Of a stretch of 64,000 nt of DNA, positions 1-7,291 are shown piece by piece. Origin of the DNA: Vicinamibacterales bacterium (lineage in GTDB: Bacteria > Acidobacteriota > Vicinamibacteria > Vicinamibacterales > UBA8438); the NCBI GenBank assembly GCA_965242835.1, contig OZ251506.1, positions 4,826,494 through 4,890,493 of the forward strand, read 5' to 3'. The notes under the pieces were generated by a model that worked only from the letters and a program-made list of their open reading frames with translations, searched no databases and was not told the origin of the DNA. Position 1 is the stretch's first letter. Each line of letters starts with the position of its first letter. The position numbers and the translations under genes were made by a program.

Positions 1-1197
1 CGGACGGACCGTTTTTCCGGGCGCTTCGGCGTGTGGACGCAGTTCCGGAACTTCGAGGCGGTCGGGGTGGAGGCGCTGGTGCCGCGGACCGACCAGACGT
101 CGTTCGCGGCGTTCGGCCACGAGGAGGTGAATTTCGGACGGGTCCGCCTGCAGTTCGGGGCGCGGGTCGAGCAGAACGACTACCGGCCCGGCGAACGCGT
201 GGGGGGACACGGTCACGACGACGACCACGACGACGACCACGACGACGGGGACGACGACCACGACGACGGGGATGACGACGATCACGACGACGATCACGAT
301 GATGATGATCACGACGATGATCACGACGACGGGGACGATCACGACGACGACCACGACGACGGGGACGATCACGACGACGACCACGACGACGGGGACGATC
401 ACGACGACGAGCTCGTGGCGCGCGACCCGCGCGACCGGAAGTTCCGCGGAGCGACGGCCTCCGTCGGTCTGCACGCCGACGTCGGCGCCAACAGCGCGCT
501 GGTGGTCAACCTCACCCGCTCGCACCGCGCCCCGGCGCTCGAGGAGCTCTACAGCTTCGGCCCCCACGTCGGAACCCTGGCCTTCGAGGTGGGCAACCCC
601 GATCTGGACGAGGAGACGACGCTCGGCGTCGACGTGAGCCTGCGGAGCCGGGCCGACCGCGTGCGCGCCGAACTGAACGCCTTCGTCTACTCCATCGGCA
701 ACTTCATCTTCGGCCACCGGACCGGGGCGATCGAGGACGGCCTGCAGGTCCTGGACTTCATGCAGGGCGACAGCCGGTTCACCGGCTTCGACGCCCGGGG
801 CAGCGTCCGCCTGGGCGGGAGCGCCTGGGCGACGCTCGGCCTCGGCTACGTCGACGCCAGACTGACCGCCACCGACGAACCGCTGCCGCGCATCCCGCCG
901 CTGCGCGGCACCCTGAGCCTCGACATCCCCTACGGCGGGTTCACGCTCAGCCCGCAACTCGAGTTCGCGGGGCGGCAGAGCGACGTGTTCGACGGCGAGA
1001 CCGAAACGGCGGGCTACTCCGTCGTCAACCTGCGGGCCTCCTACGTCTGGCCGCGGCAGCAGACGGCGCACATCCTGTCGTTCACCGGTTACAACCTGAC
1101 GGACGCGCTGTACCGCAACCACACGTCGTTCATCAAGGACCTGGCCCCCGAGATGGGCCGCGGCGTCCGGGTGAACTACTCGGTGCGGTTCTTCTAG
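1..1197 (+). CDS. TonB-dependent receptor, C-terminal part (5' end outside window) with His/Asp-rich insert
   Basis: Frame is open from base 1 into ORF 31..1197. Alternating beta-strand pattern. The terminal '...RVNYSVRFF' aromatic C-terminus is typical of TonB-dependent/OM barrels. Confidence 0.7.
   Translation, partial: RTDRFSGRFGVWTQFRNFEAVGVEALVPRTDQTSFAAFGHEEVNFGRVRLQFGARVEQNDYRPGERVGGHGHDDDHDDDHDDGDDDHDDGDDDDHDDDHDDDDHDDDHDDGDDHDDDHDDGDDHDDDHDDGDDHDDELVARDPRDRKFRGATASVGLHADVGANSALVVNLTRSHRAPALEELYSFGPHVGTLAFEVGNPDLDEETTLGVDVSLRSRADRVRAELNAFVYSIGNFIFGHRTGAIEDGLQVLDFMQGDSRFTGFDARGSVRLGGSAWATLGLGYVDARLTATDEPLPRIPPLRGTLSLDIPYGGFTLSPQLEFAGRQSDVFDGETETAGYSVVNLRASYVWPRQQTAHILSFTGYNLTDALYRNHTSFIKDLAPEMGRGVRVNYSVRFF
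208..411 (+). repeat. In-frame His/Asp(/Gly) coding tandem repeat
   Basis: 30-nt unit GGGGACGATCACGACGACGACCACGACGAC is perfect at 331-360 and 361-390, partial at 391-409, with degenerate copies upstream. Translates to HDDDHDDDHDDGDDDHDDGDDDDHDDDHDDDDH... Confidence 0.9.
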
Positions 1198-1214
1198 GGA
1201 GGAGTATGGGCCGT

Positions 1215-1254
1215 CCGGCCCCGGCCGTCCCGCGACGGGGACGGCCGGGGCCGG
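1215..1254. terminator. Perfect 17-bp-stem hairpin between convergent genes (candidate bidirectional terminator)
   Basis: CCGGCCCCGGCCGTCCC (1215-1231), loop GCGACG, then GGGACGGCCGGGGCCGG (1238-1254). Lies between the receptor stop (1197) and the stop of the minus-strand CDS (1330). No U-tract. Confidence 0.45.
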
Positions 1255-1340
1255 CGCTCACGGCAGGGCTACGTCACGTGCGGCGCCACCTGCGTCGCCG
1301 ATCGCGACGGGGACGGCCGGGGCCGGCGCTCACGGCAGGG
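1231..1340. repeat. 38-nt direct repeat with 72-nt period duplicating a gene 3' end
   Basis: CGCGACGGGGACGGCCGGGGCCGGCGCTCACGGCAGGG occurs at 1231-1268 and 1303-1340. The second copy contains the stop codon (1330-1332) and last codons of CDS 1330..2055. Confidence 0.85.
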
Positions 1341-2055
1341 GCAGCGTGAGCCGGCTGCCGGGCGGGCGCTGCACGTCGAACGCCTTGAGCGTGTAGTTGA
1401 CCAGCGTGTAGTGGCCGATCAGGCCGGCGAGGTCCATCAAGCCCCGGGCGCCGAAGATCCGTTGCGCCGCCTCGAACGCCTCGTCGCTCAGCCTCGGCTC
1501 GCGGATCAGCTCGCGCACGACGCGGACGATCGTCCGTTCCGGCTCGTCCAGCCCCGGCAGGTCCCCGGCGTCGGCCAGCGGCGTGTCCCAGCGGAGCAGC
1601 TCGATGATCTCCTCTTCGAGCCCGGCGTCGCGGCCCAGCGGCTCGTGGGCCGACCACTCGTACTGGCTGTTCAGCGCCCGGGCGGCGGTGAGGATCGCCA
1701 GTTCGGCCAGCCGCTGGTCCCGCCGGCCGTCCGCGCCGAAACGCAGGTAGGTGCTGGCCGGGAACAGGTGCTCGGCCATCGGCGGGCTGTACAGCCACAT
1801 GCCGATCGGGCCCCGCGGGCCGCTCGCGTAGCGGCTGTCCGGGTTCACGACGGCGTCGTACGCCCGCCGGCCGTCCGCGTCGAGCGACTCGCGCGACACC
1901 GTCGGCAGCCGCGCCCAGGAATCCTCGTGGATGCCCGGCGGAATGTCCTCGCGCGTCACCACGCGCGGCGTGAACTCGGGGTCCTGGGCCGGCGCGGCCG
2001 CCGGCGCGAGGACACAGGCGCAGAGCGCGGCGAGCGTCATCGGATGCAGCTTCAC
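1330..2055 (-). CDS. Carboxymuconolactone decarboxylase (AhpD-like) family protein, secreted
   Basis: ORF 1330..2169. GTG at 2055 is preceded by AAGGAGG (rc of 2062-2068) and gives the signal-like 'VKLHPMTLAALCACVLAPAAAPAQ'. 'AILTAARALNSQYEWSAHEPLG' resembles the CMD-family core. Confidence 0.6.
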   Translation of the reverse strand: MKLHPMTLAALCACVLAPAAAPAQDPEFTPRVVTREDIPPGIHEDSWARLPTVSRESLDADGRRAYDAVVNPDSRYASGPRGPIGMWLYSPPMAEHLFPASTYLRFGADGRRDQRLAELAILTAARALNSQYEWSAHEPLGRDAGLEEEIIELLRWDTPLADAGDLPGLDEPERTIVRVVRELIREPRLSDEAFEAAQRIFGARGLMDLAGLIGHYTLVNYTLKAFDVQRPPGSRLTLPLP

Positions 2056-2213
2056 GGAACACCTCCTTCTTCGAGGCCGGTCGGCAGGGACGCGCCCATC
2101 CTCCCGATGCGGCGCGGCGATCCTGCGCCGGCTGCCGCTATGCTCTACCGTCACCCGCGCCCGAGGCAACCGCCGACGCCCGCCGCCGCGGCCGGCCCGC
2201 GCGGAATCGCGAC

Positions 2214-3575
2214 ATGTCGCTGAACCACCTGGCCACCCGCTTCCGCTGCTCCTGGCCCTGGAGCACGCTCGTGCTGACCTGCGACGGCCGGGTCGTGTGC
2301 GGCTGCGCCGACCCGTACGTCCGGCGCGTGCTCGGCGACGCGCGCCGGCAGACCATCGGGGAGATCTGGAACGCCGCGGCCGTCCGGGGCCTGCGCGCCG
2401 ACCTGAACGCGGGAGGCTCCCGGTTCTGCGGCGACTGTCCGCTCAAGCTGCCGCTGGACGCCGGCGATGATCCTCCCGTGCGGCCGGTCGACGCCGGCGC
2501 GTTGCCGTCGCGGCTCTACGTCGAGTGCACGGCGGCCTGCAACATCTCGTGCTTCGAGGCCTGCTGCGCGCCCGAGACCGGCATCACGCGGACGCGGCAG
2601 GCGGGCATGCTGGACTTCGATCTGTTCACGCGGGTCGTCGACGAGGCCGGTCCGGGCCTGGGGCGAATCGACTTCTTCAACTACGGCGAGACGTTCCTGC
2701 ACAAGCGGGCCGTCGAGATGTGCGAGTACGTCAAGCGCCGGTTCCCGCGAATCTACCTCTACACGAGCACCAACGGCCTGGCGCTGAGCGAGGAACGCGC
2801 CGCGCGCCTGGTCCACTCCGGCATCGACGAGGTCACCTTCTCCATCGACGGCGCCTTCGCCGAGAGCTACGCGCGCTACCGCCGGCGCGGCCGGCTCGAC
2901 GTCGCGTTGCGCACCCTGCGGACGATGACGCGGGAGAAGCGGCGCGCCGGCCGCGACCTACCGTTCATCAACTGGCGCTACATCCTGTTCCGGTGGAACG
3001 ACAGCACCGAGGAGATGGACCGCGCCCGCGGCCTGGCCGGGGAGCTGGGCGTCGACCGGTTGAGCTGGGAGATCACGGACCATCCCGAGTCCGCGTTCTC
3101 GCGCCGGTTCGCGCCCGGAACGCCGGACCACGCCGCCATCCGCCGCGAGATCTGGGACGACAACCACCTGGGCAACGCCATTCCCGGAGCCACGCCGCGG
3201 GCCGACATCCGCCTGCGCGCGCTCGTGCCGGGACTCCCCCTGATCGGCCGGCGGGGCGCCCGGATGCGGCTGCGCGCGAGCGTCCGCAACCTGTCGAGCC
3301 GGCCGTTTCCGGCGCAGGCCAGCTACGGCCGCCGCCTCGTGCGCCTGGGCGCTCAGCTCTGCACCGCCGCGGGCGCGGTCGCCGACCGGGACCACGCCCG
3401 CGCCTGGCTCCCCGCGGCCATCGAACCGCGGCAGGCCGCCGACGTGCCGATAGAGGTCCCGCTGCCGGACGCGCCCGGCCGCTACCGACTGAAGTTCGAC
3501 CTGGTCTCGGAGGGCGTCGACTGGTTCGAAGCCTGCGGGTCGCCGACGACCAGCCGGGCGCTCGTGGTCTGGTAG
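2214..3575 (+). CDS. Radical SAM-like protein with N-terminal Cys-rich SPASM/twitch-like module
   Basis: N-terminus 'CSWPWSTLVLTCDGRVVCGC...IGEIWN...FCGDCP'. This is followed by the cluster 'ECTAACNISCFEACC' and a TIM-barrel-like 'IDFFNYGETFLH...YLYTSTNGLAL...DEVTFSIDG'. Confidence 0.6.
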   Translation: MSLNHLATRFRCSWPWSTLVLTCDGRVVCGCADPYVRRVLGDARRQTIGEIWNAAAVRGLRADLNAGGSRFCGDCPLKLPLDAGDDPPVRPVDAGALPSRLYVECTAACNISCFEACCAPETGITRTRQAGMLDFDLFTRVVDEAGPGLGRIDFFNYGETFLHKRAVEMCEYVKRRFPRIYLYTSTNGLALSEERAARLVHSGIDEVTFSIDGAFAESYARYRRRGRLDVALRTLRTMTREKRRAGRDLPFINWRYILFRWNDSTEEMDRARGLAGELGVDRLSWEITDHPESAFSRRFAPGTPDHAAIRREIWDDNHLGNAIPGATPRADIRLRALVPGLPLIGRRGARMRLRASVRNLSSRPFPAQASYGRRLVRLGAQLCTAAGAVADRDHARAWLPAAIEPRQAADVPIEVPLPDAPGRYRLKFDLVSEGVDWFEACGSPTTSRALVVW

Positions 3576-3633
3576 GCTGAAGCAGACCCCTGGAACGTCG
3601 ATCCTCGTCCGTTCGACGCGCGGAGGCGCCCGG

Positions 3634-4845
3634 GTGACTGCTCCGTATGCTCGGCACGAGCTGGAAGCGATGCTGGCGGACCTGGAGTCCGACCTCGTCG
3701 AGCGCAAGGAATCGTTGGGGGGAGACAGTCCCCGCAAGCTCCGGGAGGCGGTCTGCGCCTTCGCCAACGATCTGCCGGACCACCGGCGCCCCGGCGTCGT
3801 GTTCGTCGGAGCAGATGATACCGGCGCGCCCGTCGGGCTGGAGATCACGGACCAATTGCTGTTGCAGCTCGCCGACGTCAAGACGGACGGCAACATCGTG
3901 CCACCGCCGACGCTGACCGTGGACAAGCACGTGCTGCGCGGGACGCCCGTCGCAGTCGTCACCGTCATGCCGTCGGACACGCCGCCGGTGCGTCACCGCG
4001 GCCGGATCCGGATCCGGGTAGGGCCGCGGCGGGCCGTCGCCAGCGGCCAGGACGAACGCGTCCTGAACGAGAAGCGGCGGCATCGGGACCCCCACTTCGA
4101 TGCGCAGTCCGTGCCCACCGCCGGTATCGCGGACCTCGACTTGCGGCGTTTCGAAGAAGAGTACCTGCCGGCGGCGGTCGACGCGGCGGCGCTGGCGCAG
4201 AACGATCGGAGCACGGAGCAGCGTCTCGCGGCCCTCAAGATGATCGCCGCGGTCGATGATCCGAGGCCGACGATAGCCGGCATCCTCGTCCTGGGCAGGA
4301 ACCCGCAGGACTTCCTGCCGGGCGCATACGCGCAGTTTCTTCGCATCGCGGGAACGGATCTCGGCGACCCCGTGGTCGACGACGGACGGTGCAGCGGCCC
4401 CATCGCCCACCTGGTTCGCGGTCTCGACGACAAGCTGGCGGCGCACAATCGGACCGCCGTCGACTTCACGTCGAGTCCGGTCGAAGTGCGTACGCCGGCG
4501 TATCCGACGGCGGCGCTTCAGCAACTCGTTCGCAACGCCGTCCTGCACAGGACCTACGAAGGCACCAACGCGCCCATCCACGTCTACTGGTTCGACGACC
4601 GCATCGAGATCACGAGTCCCGGCGGCCCCTACGGCGCCCTGAACGCCGAGAACTTCGGGCAGCCGGGCATCGTGGACTACCGCAACCCGATTCTGGCGGA
4701 AGCGATGCGGGTTCTCGGACTGGCCCAACGCTACGGCGCGGGCATTCCGATGGCGCGGCGCGCCCTGCTCGTCAACGAACAACCGGAACCCGATTTCCGC
4801 GTCGAGCCGAACTGGGTGCACTGCACGGTGAGGGCCCGCGCGTGA
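3634..4845 (+). CDS. AlbA_2/Schlafen-like divergent AAA domain protein with C-terminal HATPase-like/wHTH region
   Basis: GTG start. 'ESDLVERKESL...LREAVCAFANDL...GVVFVGADDTG' is typical of the AlbA_2 putative DNA-binding domain. C-terminal 'LVRNAVLHRTYE...IEITSPGG'. Confidence 0.6.
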   Translation: MTAPYARHELEAMLADLESDLVERKESLGGDSPRKLREAVCAFANDLPDHRRPGVVFVGADDTGAPVGLEITDQLLLQLADVKTDGNIVPPPTLTVDKHVLRGTPVAVVTVMPSDTPPVRHRGRIRIRVGPRRAVASGQDERVLNEKRRHRDPHFDAQSVPTAGIADLDLRRFEEEYLPAAVDAAALAQNDRSTEQRLAALKMIAAVDDPRPTIAGILVLGRNPQDFLPGAYAQFLRIAGTDLGDPVVDDGRCSGPIAHLVRGLDDKLAAHNRTAVDFTSSPVEVRTPAYPTAALQQLVRNAVLHRTYEGTNAPIHVYWFDDRIEITSPGGPYGALNAENFGQPGIVDYRNPILAEAMRVLGLAQRYGAGIPMARRALLVNEQPEPDFRVEPNWVHCTVRARA

Positions 4846-5894
4846 CGACGCCCGTACTGACGTTCTTCAACAACAAGGGCGGCGTGGGAAAGACCTCGCT
4901 GGTCTACCACGCGGCCTGGATGCTGTCCGAGCTGGACCATACGGTGCTGGTCGTCGATCTCGACCCGCAGGCCAACCTCACGGCGGCGTTTCTGGACGAG
5001 GACGCGCTCGCAGAACTCTGGGACGGCGGGGCGTCGTCGTCCGGCAGGACGATTTACGAGTGCGTGGCGCCCCTCACGCAGGTCGGGGACGTCAAGGACC
5101 CCGAGCTGCGGCGGCCCTCGGACGGGCTCTACCTCCTGCCGGGCGACCTGGCCCTGTCGGGATTCGAGGATCTGCTGTCCACGGAATGGCCGAACTGCCT
5201 GGGAAGCACGAACCTGTACCGCGCGTTCCGCGTGATCACCGCGTTCTGGCAGGTCGTGCAGCGGGGCGTCGCGGAGTCGGGCGCGGACGTCGTGCTGATC
5301 GACGTCGGTCCGAGCCTGGGGGCCGTCAACCGTTCCGCCCTGATCGCCACGGACTTCGTGGCCGTGCCGCTGGCCGCGGACCTGTTCTCGCGGCAGGGGC
5401 TGCGCAACCTGGGTCCGACACTCCGCCGCTGGCGGGCCGACTGGAAGAAGCGCCGTGACAATTGGGGCGAACCGGACTTTACCCTGCCAGTGGGCGCCAT
5501 GCAGCCCATCGGCTACCTGATTCAGCAGCACGGAGTCCGGCTGAGCCGTCCGGTGAAGGCCTACGACCGGTGGGCGAGGCAGATGCCGGCCGAGTACGCC
5601 CGCAGCGTGCTGGGCGGCCACCCTCCCGCAACCGTGCAGGATCCGCAAGCCGACGCGCATTGCATCGCCACCGTGAAGCACTATCGCAGCCTCGTTCCGC
5701 TTGCGCAGGACGCGCGCAAGCCGATCTTCGCCCTGTCCGCGGGAGACGGCGCCCTCGGCAGTCACGCCGCCGCCGCCCGCGGCGCGTTCGACGACTTCAA
5801 GGCGCTCGTCGAGAGTCTGCTTCAACGGACACGCAACGCCGCCGCCGGGGCGGTTCCGCCGCGGCCCGGCGCGCCGCCGCCGGGGCCGGCGTAG
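4842..5894 (+). CDS. ParA/MinD-like (deviant Walker A) ATPase with long C-terminal extension
   Basis: GTG at 4842 overlaps the upstream stop (GTGA). 'FFNNKGGVGKTSLVYH...VLVVDLDPQANLT'. In frame with ORF 4389..5894. Confidence 0.7.
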   Translation: MTTPVLTFFNNKGGVGKTSLVYHAAWMLSELDHTVLVVDLDPQANLTAAFLDEDALAELWDGGASSSGRTIYECVAPLTQVGDVKDPELRRPSDGLYLLPGDLALSGFEDLLSTEWPNCLGSTNLYRAFRVITAFWQVVQRGVAESGADVVLIDVGPSLGAVNRSALIATDFVAVPLAADLFSRQGLRNLGPTLRRWRADWKKRRDNWGEPDFTLPVGAMQPIGYLIQQHGVRLSRPVKAYDRWARQMPAEYARSVLGGHPPATVQDPQADAHCIATVKHYRSLVPLAQDARKPIFALSAGDGALGSHAAAARGAFDDFKALVESLLQRTRNAAAGAVPPRPGAPPPGPA

Positions 5895-5907
5895 CCGGGG
5901 CCGGCGG

Positions 5908-7104
5908 TCAGCGCGGGTCGCCGGCGTCCCGCGCGGCGCGCTCCAGCACCGCGCGCGTCCGGGCCGCGGCCGCCGCCCAGTCGAAGGCGCGCGCCCGTTC
6001 GCGCCCGCGCGCGCCGAGCCGGGCGCGCAGGGAGGCGTCCCCGGCCAGCTCGGCCAGCGCCCGCCTCCAGGCCGCGGCGTCGTCCGCCGGCAGGAAGACC
6101 GCGGCGTCGCCGGCGACCTCGCGGAACACGGCAAGGTCGCTCGCCAGCACGGGAACGCCGGCGGCCAGCGCCTCGACCAGCGGCAGGCCGAAGCCCTCGT
6201 AGAGTGACGGACAGACGACGGCCAGCGCCCGGCGGTAGAGCGCCGCCAGCGCGTCGTCGTCGACGTAGCCCGGGTGACGCAGCCAACCGGCCGCCTCGGC
6301 GGCGGCGAACGCCTCGTGCAGCCCGCCGCTCTTCCATCCCCGCCGGCCGCACAGCACCAGCGCCGGCGCCGCCGGGTCCTCGGCCGTCCACGCTTCCCAG
6401 ACGCGCAGCAGGAGTTCGATGTTCTTGCGCGGCTCGACGGTGCCGACGTGCAGCACGTAGCGCTCGGGAGCCCAGGCCGGCAACCCGGCTCCCGGCCGTC
6501 CCGACAGGCGCCCCGGACCGTGGGGAATCGCCGTCACCCGCGCCGGGTCCAGCGGTTCGGCGGCCAGCAGCTCGTCACGCACCGCCCGCGACACGGTGAC
6601 CACTTCCCGGGCGCGGGCCAGGGTGCGGTGGAAGTGCGCATCGAGCGCGGCGCGGGTCTCCTCGCGGACCGTCCCCGGCAGGCGGCGGAAGGCGAGGTCG
6701 TGGACCGTCGCCACCACCGCTCCGCGGGCCAGCCGGAACGTCCGCGGCAGGATGAAGTTCGGCGCGAAGAGGACCGCGTTGCGATGGCCGGCGACGACCA
6801 GCGGCTCGATCGCCCGCAACGCGCGCAGCACGACGCGCCGGCGGCCCCACCCGCCGGGCGGCGGCGCCGCCGGGACCCGCTCGACGGCCGGGCCGGAGGG
6901 GAGCTCGACCACCGGACCCGGAGCGTCCGGATCGGGAAAGAGCGTCGGGCCGTAGAGCCGCAGCCGCAGCCCCTCGGCGTCGGCCAGATGCCGCAGCAGC
7001 TCGAAGAGGTACCAGCCCACGCCGGTCAGCGGCTCCCAGAAGGCGGCGGCGTCGACGGCGACGGTCAGGCGGCCGTCCGGCGCGGGCTCGGCCGTAGCGC
7101 ACAA
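5908..7104 (-). CDS. Glycosyltransferase family 4 (GT-B fold)
   Basis: 'EGFGLPLVEALAAGVPVLASD' E-x7-E region. GT homology begins near 'RLTVAVDAAAFWEP'. In-frame TTG at 7104 is proposed; the track ORF extends to 7242 over an intergenic-looking repeat array. Confidence 0.7.
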   Translation of the reverse strand: MCATAEPAPDGRLTVAVDAAAFWEPLTGVGWYLFELLRHLADAEGLRLRLYGPTLFPDPDAPGPVVELPSGPAVERVPAAPPPGGWGRRRVVLRALRAIEPLVVAGHRNAVLFAPNFILPRTFRLARGAVVATVHDLAFRRLPGTVREETRAALDAHFHRTLARAREVVTVSRAVRDELLAAEPLDPARVTAIPHGPGRLSGRPGAGLPAWAPERYVLHVGTVEPRKNIELLLRVWEAWTAEDPAAPALVLCGRRGWKSGGLHEAFAAAEAAGWLRHPGYVDDDALAALYRRALAVVCPSLYEGFGLPLVEALAAGVPVLASDLAVFREVAGDAAVFLPADDAAAWRRALAELAGDASLRARLGARGRERARAFDWAAAAARTRAVLERAARDAGDPR

Positions 7105-7128
7105 CCGCCGCAGCCAGGCGCGCGCCGC

Positions 7129-7279
7129 GCGGAAGCCGCCGCGCGCGGGGGGCGCGGGGAGACGAGCAGGCTCCGCCGCCCGGTCTTCGGCGGAAGCCGC
7201 CGCGCGCGGGGGGCGCGGTGTCGGGCGCACGTCGACGCTCAACCCGATCCGCGGAAGCCGCCGCGCGCGGGGGGCGCGG
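7129..7279. repeat. CRISPR-like mini-array: 3 x 29-nt identical repeats, 2 x 32-nt unique spacers (no cas genes in window)
   Basis: GCGGAAGCCGCCGCGCGCGGGGGGCGCGG at 7129-7157, 7190-7218 and 7251-7279 (exact 61-nt period). Spacers at 7158-7189 and 7219-7250 are unrelated to each other. Confidence 0.3.
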
Positions 7280-7291
7280 GGCGGGCGTCCG

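Noticed and set aside
208-411. His/Asp repeat as a non-coding microsatellite or CRISPR
   Set aside because: It is in frame within a long ORF with receptor features on both sides. The units are contiguous without spacers.
7105-7242. TTG-initiated N-terminal extension of the glycosyltransferase across the 29-nt repeat array
   Set aside because: GT homology starts about 57 codons downstream. The extension is A/R/P-rich and consists of the spaced repeats. It is kept as an alternative explanation for the CRISPR-like array rather than as coding sequence.
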